IMG/VR virus record: IMGVR_UViG_2724679705_000002
Span: 2,069-66,068 of that record
Length of the DNA: 64,000 bases
DNA from: a virus
Taxonomy: Duplodnaviria; Caudoviricetes
Strand: one strand, 5' to 3'
Under the pieces are notes generated by a model. It was not told the DNA's origin. It worked only from the letters and a program-made list of their open reading frames with translations, and did not search any database. This document shows positions 38,807 to 45,754 of the stretch, in pieces (position 1 is the stretch's first letter; every line of letters begins with the position of its first letter). Both the position numbers and the translations under genes were made by a program.

Positions 38807-39403
38807 ATGCTTCAACCGACCGAGGCCCCCGGCCAGCTATTCGTGATCGTCATCGACGAGACATATGGAGGGGACGAGGACACTTGGGAATTCGAGAGCG
38901 AACGGTATCGGCGTGATTTGGAGCGGGCGTTTGGAACAACTTTCCAAGAGGCGAACGTTGGGCCCGGCGCCGACATCCCAGCCTTTCTCACTGATCTGAT
39001 CAACGCCAGAGTCCCACTCTGGAGCGCCGCGTTGGTTGTGTTCTTCGCGGGCAAGTCCATTAAGGATAGCTTCGAGGCTTGGATTGAGATGGCCCGCGCC
39101 GTCCGAAGCTTCTTCGATCGCCCTGTGATTTTGGCACGGCACGGCGCAGCGGTCCTCGCCATCGAAGCGGCGCTTGCCGAGATGAATGGTATCCCAAAAA
39201 CAATCCGACTGGTTCGCTACCGGGCCGGGCATCTGGCTGAGGATACGTCGCTCCTTGATGCAAACCTAGGCAACGGAATTGAAGACAGTCCACCTACCCT
39301 GAACCTTGGGTACGTGGTGCATCTCTTCGAGATGGAGGTCGACGGCGTGCTTCTCCGCGTGAGCGTCGACGGCAGGCGGGCTACGGTCGCGCGGGTTTCC
39401 TGA
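38807..39403 (+). CDS. Hypothetical protein (cargo between int and att)
   Basis: AGGA RBS before ATG 38807; 198 aa with one hydrophobic segment. Confidence 0.7.
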   Translation: MLQPTEAPGQLFVIVIDETYGGDEDTWEFESERYRRDLERAFGTTFQEANVGPGADIPAFLTDLINARVPLWSAALVVFFAGKSIKDSFEAWIEMARAVRSFFDRPVILARHGAAVLAIEAALAEMNGIPKTIRLVRYRAGHLAEDTSLLDANLGNGIEDSPPTLNLGYVVHLFEMEVDGVLLRVSVDGRRATVARVS

Positions 39404-39442
39404 GCTTTGGTCAGGCCGCCCCGGGTCACCTAAGCATGCTCG

Positions 39443-40384
39443 TCAGTCCATCCAGCCCTCGATGACGCCCTTCAGCTGAATGATGCGATCCTGCACCAAT
39501 GCGGATCTCTCTCCAGCCCAAACGAGCGGATACATAGAGCCACCCTCAACCTGCGAAGCGATCAGGGCGGCATGCTGGTCGGCAAAGTCGGACCAAGCCG
39601 CGTGAGCATCGCGAAGCATGGAGGCGTCCATGCCAGGAAGAGCCGCAACCCGTTCCAATAGCGCGTTCAGTTCCTCCTCCTCGCCGCGCAGTTTGTCGCC
39701 AGCGGCGACATTCATCGCAGTCTGCGTTCGAGGTACTGAGCCATGGAGAACCTCGACAACGGCCCAATCCACCCCGTCGACGAACGTTCGGGCGGCATCA
39801 ATGAAGGCTGTAAGGTCTGAAAGGTCGAATACGGGATCAGCGGGTAGTTCATGTGTTAGGACGTGGCGAACTTCGAAAAGGCGTGAGAGAGCCACCATCA
39901 TCGCATTGTAGTTGGTGACGATGGGAGGAAGTGGCCAATCGTCCGACTCCTCTGACCAGCGCGGATGCGCCGCTTTGAGTTTGTGCGCGAAGCCGGGGAT
40001 CAAGGTGTCCAAGATGGCCAAGATCCCATCAATCCCGTTTAGGGAAACGGAGTGAGCGATGAAGTCGCCGATCGTCAGCTCGCGCCGATTCACGTGTGCG
40101 GCGAAGGTCAGATCGATCTTCGCGCCTTTGACGAGTTTTTCCGCGCGTTGGAAGGTGGCTTCGTCGCCATCGACCAGCTCGGCGATCACCTCACGGAGGA
40201 AGACTTCAAGGATCGTCACCAATCGGATCGGCACGAACTGAAGGTGCATAGGCGCCAATCCCGCAATGGTACTGACCTCGGCTCTAAGCGCATCGATTTG
40301 TGCAGCGAGTTCCTGTCCGAGGCGACGATGTTCCCCGCGTCGGGCGTTCCATTCGATGATCTGCTGATAGGGCGAGCGGTGCAT
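39443..40384 (-). CDS. HEPN-like domain fused to LprI/DUF1311-like domain
   Basis: R-x4-H motif RHVLTH (39868-39851); C-terminal PRTQTAMN...LRDAHAAWSDF...GGSMYPL...L..DRI LprI pattern; no signal peptide. Confidence 0.7.
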   Translation of the reverse strand: MHRSPYQQIIEWNARRGEHRRLGQELAAQIDALRAEVSTIAGLAPMHLQFVPIRLVTILEVFLREVIAELVDGDEATFQRAEKLVKGAKIDLTFAAHVNRRELTIGDFIAHSVSLNGIDGILAILDTLIPGFAHKLKAAHPRWSEESDDWPLPPIVTNYNAMMVALSRLFEVRHVLTHELPADPVFDLSDLTAFIDAARTFVDGVDWAVVEVLHGSVPRTQTAMNVAAGDKLRGEEEELNALLERVAALPGMDASMLRDAHAAWSDFADQHAALIASQVEGGSMYPLVWAGERSALVQDRIIQLKGVIEGWMD

Positions 40385-40513
40385 TGTTTCTGCGACATAC
40401 TTTCTGATCTAATGGCTGATACTTGTCACTCGTTGCGGCAGGCTTCAAGGACGGTTGGCTATTCGCGCCGCTGACGGACATGGTGCTTGGTTGGCCGCAC
40501 GTTAGCATAAATG

Positions 40514-40536
40514 GATTATCACCATTGGTGATTATC
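40514..40536. promoter_or_regulatory. Imperfect palindromic operator (core ATCACCA-T-TGGTGAT)
   Basis: Inverted repeat ending just upstream of the -35 box, in the divergent spacer. Confidence 0.55.
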
Positions 40537-40539
40537 TAT

Positions 40540-40568
40540 TTGACTGCATGCGTCGAATCGTTCATGAT
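40540..40568 (+). promoter_or_regulatory. Sigma70-type promoter of the retron operon
   Basis: TTGACT-N17-CATGAT. Confidence 0.55.
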
Positions 40569-40574
40569 GGCGTG

Positions 40575-40790
40575 GTGAAGATTGTTCATCCGAGGAGCAG
40601 AACCCGTCTTGAGTTGGGGCCGTGAGCCCTGTGGAGGCCGATGGTCTCCGTCTCAATCCCGTAGCTGGCAGGGACCGCGGACGAGCGCCGCACCCGCTGG
40701 GCACGGGTGCGGCATGTTCGAGGTAAAACGTCGCTGAACTGACCTTCTTCCCGATGGGCACCGGCACTTTCGCCGGTGGGTAAGAAGGAG
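40575..40790 (+). ncRNA. Putative retron msr-msd RNA plus RBS-masking hairpin
   Basis: TTGAG/CTCAA stem (40609/40656) enclosing two hairpins; perfect 10-bp stem GCCGCACCCG/CGGGTGCGGC (40687-40713); CCTTCTT/AAGAAGG stem (40743-40788). Boundaries approximate. Confidence 0.65.
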
Positions 40791-40799
40791 ACTTTCAGG

Positions 40800-40940
40800 A
40801 TGGACAGGAAAAATCGTCACCAGCGGCGGCGCCGCCGGTCTGGCAGGAACCAAGGGTGGCTCTGGCGAGTCGTCGTTCTGCTGGGCCAGGCAACATACTA
40901 CGTTGTTCGTTTTTGGTTCTGGTTTTCGGACCGAGAGTGA
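40800..40940 (+). CDS. 46-aa small protein (not in ORF track), candidate retron effector toxin
   Basis: AAGGAG-N9-ATG; MDRKNRHQRRRRRSGRNQGWLWRVVVLLGQATYYVVRFWFWFSDRE*. Confidence 0.65.
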   Translation: MDRKNRHQRRRRRSGRNQGWLWRVVVLLGQATYYVVRFWFWFSDRE

Positions 40941-40975
40941 GCGGCGACCTCGAAAATAGCCGATTGGAGGGAACG

Positions 40976-41302
40976 ATGTCTGATGTGAAGCGACCGATGA
41001 TCAACGACGCCCTTCGCCTGATCCGCCTATACCATGGGTTTTCGCAAGCAGAACTTGCCGAAGAGATTGGACTGTCGCAATCAATGATCTCGGAGATCGA
41101 GCGCAATGCCAAGCCAGTCTCGATCGAGGTTCTTGAGCGATACAGCCAAAAGCTCGGGGTGCGGATGTCGCAGCTCATGTTCTTTGCCGAGGAGTTGGAA
41201 GGCGAGCCCGTGCAGAAGCGCGGTAAGCTGATCGTCGCGAACCGCGTGTTGAAGCTCCTAGAGTCCTTTTCCCCTAGGGAGCCTGCTGGTGCGGCACAGT
41301 AG
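40976..41302 (+). CDS. XRE/Cro-C1 HTH protein
   Basis: LRLIRLYHGFSQAELAEEIGLSQSMISEIERN; GGAGG RBS. Confidence 0.92.
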   Translation: MSDVKRPMINDALRLIRLYHGFSQAELAEEIGLSQSMISEIERNAKPVSIEVLERYSQKLGVRMSQLMFFAEELEGEPVQKRGKLIVANRVLKLLESFSPREPAGAAQ

Positions 41303-42320
41303 GAAGCCGCACCCGTACGAGATTTATGGTCTCGAGAGGTCTCCGTTTGCCCAGCGCCCTACCCAACGGGAGGTCGCCGATCTTCTGGGCGAAACCAAAG
41401 CTGACCTTATCCGCTTGGCCAATTACAAAGACCAGTTCATCGTGCGCCGCCGGGAAAACATAGGCGGCAAGGATCGGGATCTCGCATATCCGGTGTCGCG
41501 GCTTCGTGGCGTGCATGAACGCCTCAAGTTCCATCTCAACAAGGTCCAACAGCCCAGCTATCTCTTTAGCCCGCGTAAGAAGCGGAGCCAGCGGGACAAC
41601 GCGGCACTGCATCTCGACCAGGATCAGTACCTGACGATGGACGTAAAGCAATTTTATCCGTCAACGACGGAGGAAATGGTGTATCGCTGGTTTGTAGACG
41701 AACTCGGGCTGTTCGAGGATGTTGCCGGTCTGCTCACTCGTCTGAGTACCATTGATGGCAAGGCATCCTTCGGCTCGCCGCTCACACCTGTGCTCTGCAC
41801 CCTTGTCCATCGTCCTTTGTTCGACCGCATCTCCGATATCTGCGGCCATCGAGGACTGCGCCATTCTCTTTGGGTCGACGACTTGACGATTTCTGGAAAA
41901 TTTGTGCCTGGACAGGTTGTTACGAGCATCCGGGAAGTTATTCGACAGCGCGGTCTACGCTCGCACAAAATCCGATATCGCACGGGTAACCGACCAGTCA
42001 TGATAACTGGGATCGGCGTCGTCGGCCGGGATCTTCTCGCGCCCAATTCGCTCAACCTCCGCATTAAGCAGTATTGGCAGGATCTGCATGATGCGATGAC
42101 GGCAGAGGAACGGGCCTCATGCGCCCAACGCCTCCTCAGCCAGCTCGGAACCGTCCGGCATATCGTCGGAACGAAGTCTAACGTGGGGCAGCGAGCGTCC
42201 GACCAGATGAACATGCTCAAGCAGAAGCGAGACAAATGGATAAGTGAGGCGAGCCAAGAAGCGTCGAAAAAGAGCGCCGATGAGGCCGCGCCGATGGAGC
42301 ATGAAGACATACCGTTCTGA
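41289..42320 (+). CDS. Retron-type reverse transcriptase
   Basis: Region X NAALH, DVKQFYPS, SFGSP, catalytic WVDD, region Y ITG; no maturase/endonuclease domain; overlaps the HTH stop. Confidence 0.88.
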   Translation: MRHSRKPHPYEIYGLERSPFAQRPTQREVADLLGETKADLIRLANYKDQFIVRRRENIGGKDRDLAYPVSRLRGVHERLKFHLNKVQQPSYLFSPRKKRSQRDNAALHLDQDQYLTMDVKQFYPSTTEEMVYRWFVDELGLFEDVAGLLTRLSTIDGKASFGSPLTPVLCTLVHRPLFDRISDICGHRGLRHSLWVDDLTISGKFVPGQVVTSIREVIRQRGLRSHKIRYRTGNRPVMITGIGVVGRDLLAPNSLNLRIKQYWQDLHDAMTAEERASCAQRLLSQLGTVRHIVGTKSNVGQRASDQMNMLKQKRDKWISEASQEASKKSADEAAPMEHEDIPF

Positions 42321-42622
42321 TCCGGGCGTGGGCTAAGGTTTTTTTGAGCGCGACTGTGTCAGTGCCATCCGGTCGAAGATTGCGTCGGCGGTTACCTGCA
42401 CCTAGCTGACTCTTAGGTAAGACGTGGCAAAAGGCGTTAACCTCTCCTCGCATCGAGTTCGGTGCCAGGTTTGTGGCCTTCGCTCGTCGGAAGGTAATCT
42501 GCTTGGCTTGTCAACGTCTGGTCAACCCTTGAATTCAGTTTCACCGCGTTCGCTTCCGTTGAAATGAGTTGATTTCCGCCGAGTGTCGGTCAGTACCTCA
42601 ACGAATTCAAAGGCATGCTGTG

Positions 42623-42635
42623 TAAGTGATTGATT
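42623..42635 (-). promoter_or_regulatory. IHF site next to att
   Basis: AATCAATCACTTA on the minus strand matches WATCAANNNNTTR. Confidence 0.6.
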
Positions 42636-42665
42636 TGATTCACTTTACAGGATCGGCGTGGTTGC

Positions 42666-42712
42666 GGCTCATAACCTGAAGGCCGCAGGTTCAAATCCTG
42701 CCCCCGCAACCA
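42666..42712 (+). other. 3' half of tRNA-fMet(CAT) = att site at the integrase-proximal end of prophage 1
   Basis: GGCTCATAACCTGAAGGCCGCAGGTTCAAATCCTGCCCCCGCAACCA; 5' half of the tRNA absent. Confidence 0.88.
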
Positions 42713-42740
42713 AAATTACCACGCGATAACGGTGACTTAC

Positions 42741-42765
42741 AAGCCGCCCCTCCGGGCGGCTTTTT
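42741..42765 (+). terminator. Rho-independent terminator (original tRNA terminator)
   Basis: AAGCCGCCC/GGGCGGCTT stem followed by T-run. Confidence 0.8.
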
Positions 42766-42806
42766 GCTGTGCAGATTTTAACTCAACACCAACTCAACAA
42801 AACCGG

Positions 42807-42853
42807 TGTAGCGTGACACGAATTTTTGCAGGGCGTGACACGAATATTTGCAG
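42807..42853. repeat. Mu-type right end: terminal TG plus two transposase-binding sites (R1/R2-like)
   Basis: TGTA then GCGTGACACGAATWTTTGCAG twice with 22-bp period (42811, 42833). Confidence 0.72.
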
Positions 42854-42948
42854 CATCTGAATTTTGTCCGAGACTTCCGCGTCCTGACGATTCCATGATC
42901 CCGACTGACAGCCGAGGCGCTGTCGATTCGTAGTAATCGGGGGTTCTC

Positions 42949-43470
42949 ATGGTTCTTAAAACAGGCTTTTCAGCAGCACTTGTAGCGGTTGCGTCAATCG
43001 GGTTTGGATCGGCTTCAAACGCGGCCATCCTGTGGACATTCGACGGGACAGTTGTCGATGCAGGCCTCTACTGCGCGTTTCCGGACCCAGACGAAGAATG
43101 TCAGCCCGACGAAATGCCGATATTCAATTACGCTCTCGGAGAGACGGGCGTCGCGACCGCGCGTATCCGGGCCGGGGTTGTCACTTTGAACTTCAACGGC
43201 TCCGAGCTTTTCAGTGGCGAGGTTGAGCGAATTGGAAACCGCTATAGCAGCTGGATAGATCGCAACCCCTTTGCAGTGCATCTCCTCGAATGGAACGATC
43301 GTTCGGGGTTTCTTTATTATGAGAACGACGACGTCCCGTAATTCGAGCGGTTTCAACTGCAGCTGGACAATGTCACCATGTCCCCGATCCCCCTCCCCGC
43401 CTCCGCAGCCCTTCTGCCCCTGGGCCTGGGCGCCCTCGCGCTGGTGCGAAGGCGCCGCCGTTCGGCTTAG
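42949..43470 (+). pseudogene. VPLPA-CTERM (PEP-CTERM-like) surface protein interrupted by in-frame TAA at 43339-43341
   Basis: Signal peptide; same frame continues FERFQLQLDNVTMSPIPLPASAALLPLGLGALALVRRRRRSA*. Confidence 0.8.
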
Positions 43471-45752
43471 ACCGCAAGCGGCTCCAGGCAGCCCCGCGAG
43501 GGGTTCGGGCCACGCAGGCGGCCCAGCAGATCGCGGGGCAACCTGGGCCATTGGTCCGCATCCTGATAGGCCCCGCTTCCGGGCGCAGGGCGGTAGAGCT
43601 GCACCATGCCGCCCGGCAGTCCGTTGACCGGGTTGTATTTCGGAAGGCTGGTCATCGGGACAGTGCGATGGTCGAACCCGAAATCCAGGCTGGTTCCCGC
43701 AGGCCAGGTCGCGCCGCTGGTGTTGGTGATCGTGATGGCGCTTGCACCGAACGACACCGCGATCTGGCTTGAAACCGCGGTGTAGATGGCCCCTGTGGAC
43801 GCGGCCTCCTCGCTCGCCGCGTCACTGCCGCCGAACCGGATCCAGTGGTCCCTGTGGCGGGACGGATCGGCGGTGAACATGGCCCGCGCATAGGACGCCG
43901 CTTGCCATCCCGCAGGCTGATTGAGGTCGGCATAGGGAATCGTGACCGTTCCCCCAGGGGCGACGGCCGCAGGCAGCCCGGCAGGCCATGTCCCGCGCGC
44001 CACGCCGATCTTGTAGCCGCGGTCGACGGGCGCCCAAAGCGCCTCCAGGTCGAACGGCCCGTCGCTGGTCAAACCATCCGCCCTGTTTGGGGTATGGACC
44101 ACGTTGTTGGCGAAGGTGGCCCGTTTGAAATACACGCCGCCGTCTGCGCCCCCGATCGGAACATAGGCCCCGCTGTAATGGGCGTCGGACACCAGATTGA
44201 CCACGGTGCAATGCAGGATCGCCACGGCGCTTTCGAGCGAATCCCGATCCAGATCGGGCACCCCTTTCATGCCGATGCTCGATCCGGGCAGCCAGGGGGC
44301 ATCGGACGCGATATCCGGCCGGATGACCAGGCAGTTTTCGAGCGCCACGCCCCCGTTGCTGTCATTTCCAAACACCCCTCCCTTCCGCGATGCGGGGACG
44401 ATGATGCTTTCCGACATCCGCCCGTTCAGGGCGCGCTGGGTCGAGGGCGCCCCGCCGATGGCATTGCCCCAGGCGACGCTGCCCTCGATATAGCTGCGGG
44501 ACACCAGAATCCGGCTGATGGTGTCGTTCTGGTGAATGCGCAGCACCGGCTGCGGGCTGGGCGGCAGGACGGCCCCGTTGCCCGACCATTGCCCTTTGCC
44601 ATGCCCGGAAAAGGATTCGACGATCATCAGGGCGTTTCGTTGGGATCGCAGCGCCGTGTGATCGTTGCGCATCCCGCGTTCGCCCAGGGATTTTCCGACG
44701 CCGTTCATCAGCGCATCCGCGCTGTGAATGCCCTCGCACCCGATAATCAGGAAATGGGACCGATTCCCCGCCGAGGCGTAATAGCCGAAGTTCTGGAAGT
44801 TCCTGGCGGAACAGTTCTGGGCCACGAGATAGGACGGCCGCGAGTCCGACGCGCTGTAGGTGTCGTATCCGTTCCCCACGCCGTCCGCCAGGCAGTTCCT
44901 GACCGCGAGCCAGCCCGTCACCCAGATCGAGAACGCGGCCGGCAGGGACGCGACGTTGCCCGCCGCGGTGCTTTCGATCGTGCTGTCCCAGGTGCTGCGC
45001 ACATCGAGGTTTTCCAGGAAGGTGTATTCGACACCCTTTCCCGCCTCGCCGACGACCCGCATGAACGCCACCGCCGATGGGGCGACATTGATGATCGCCC
45101 GTGCGGATCCCCCATAGGTGCCGACCGTGAAGCGCCCCATGTTCCAGGCGTTCTGGTTGGCCGCCTCGCTTTGCAAGCGAAAGCCCTCGCTTTCGAACGC
45201 CTCTCCCGCCCGGCACAGGATCCGGTGATTGCTGCCCGAGGTCATCGCATAATTCATCGCCGCGTCGAAGGACGCGAAGCGATGGTCCACGTTGTGCGCA
45301 GGCGCCCCGGTCCAGGTGCCGCTCGTGCTCACGATCAGGGGAATATACCCGGCGGGATAGGGATTGACCGTGAAGGTGATCGAGGCATAGGCGGTGCGCC
45401 CCCAGTAATCCGTGACCGCCACCAGGACCGTATGGGTGCCGGGATCATAGATCCGGCAGACGTGCTGATCCCGCGCCCTATTGGCGTCTCGATGCGCGGG
45501 CAGCAGGCGTTCCGGCACATCGAAGGTCGCGCCCGGCATCCCCATGTCCCATTCGCAATGCATCTCGCGAAACGCGGGATCGTAGGTGATGCCGGTGCGC
45601 TTCTTGGTGTGCGAAAAGTTCGCCGGGACCGCCTTGAGAATGATAGGTTCCGGCCCCCCATAGGCGAGATTTGCCGGATCGTGGGGGCGGGTGATCTCGA
45701 TGGCCACACTCGGGGCGGACAGGCGTTTGACGGCTGCGGTGATGCTGCCCAT
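43467..45752 (-). CDS. Large accessory protein: PKD-like N-terminal domain + probable right-handed beta-helix
   Basis: CEWDMG...YDPGTHTVLVAVTDYWG..ASITFTV (PKD-like); G/N/S-rich beta-helix-like repeats; 761 aa. Confidence 0.6.
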   Translation of the reverse strand: MGSITAAVKRLSAPSVAIEITRPHDPANLAYGGPEPIILKAVPANFSHTKKRTGITYDPAFREMHCEWDMGMPGATFDVPERLLPAHRDANRARDQHVCRIYDPGTHTVLVAVTDYWGRTAYASITFTVNPYPAGYIPLIVSTSGTWTGAPAHNVDHRFASFDAAMNYAMTSGSNHRILCRAGEAFESEGFRLQSEAANQNAWNMGRFTVGTYGGSARAIINVAPSAVAFMRVVGEAGKGVEYTFLENLDVRSTWDSTIESTAAGNVASLPAAFSIWVTGWLAVRNCLADGVGNGYDTYSASDSRPSYLVAQNCSARNFQNFGYYASAGNRSHFLIIGCEGIHSADALMNGVGKSLGERGMRNDHTALRSQRNALMIVESFSGHGKGQWSGNGAVLPPSPQPVLRIHQNDTISRILVSRSYIEGSVAWGNAIGGAPSTQRALNGRMSESIIVPASRKGGVFGNDSNGGVALENCLVIRPDIASDAPWLPGSSIGMKGVPDLDRDSLESAVAILHCTVVNLVSDAHYSGAYVPIGGADGGVYFKRATFANNVVHTPNRADGLTSDGPFDLEALWAPVDRGYKIGVARGTWPAGLPAAVAPGGTVTIPYADLNQPAGWQAASYARAMFTADPSRHRDHWIRFGGSDAASEEAASTGAIYTAVSSQIAVSFGASAITITNTSGATWPAGTSLDFGFDHRTVPMTSLPKYNPVNGLPGGMVQLYRPAPGSGAYQDADQWPRLPRDLLGRLRGPNPSRGCLEPLAV

Positions 45753-45754
45753 GA

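Larger units (their letters stand above)
1..42712 (-). mobile_element. Prophage 1: lambda-like head + RcGTA-like tail, tyrosine-integrase type, integrated at tRNA-fMet (left end outside window)
   Basis: Contiguous integrase-xis-replication-cos-terminase-portal-capsid-tail gene order, bounded on the right by a tRNA 3' fragment at 42666-42712. Confidence 0.9.

Noticed and set aside
40596-40882. AGCAGAAC (40596-40603) / GTTCTGCT (40875-40882) as retron a1/a2 arms
   Set aside because: Only 8 bp and cannot be extended; could be chance. The a1/a2 arms and branching G were not confidently located and need covariance analysis.
41289-42320. Group II intron, DGR or CRISPR-associated RT
   Set aside because: No maturase/En domain or intron flanks, no TR/VR repeat pair, no cas1 or array; retron regions X and Y are present.
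42640-42712. Functional tRNA-Met gene
   Set aside because: Only the anticodon-to-CCA half is present; the upstream sequence cannot form the acceptor 5' strand or D-arm. Treated as an att fragment.
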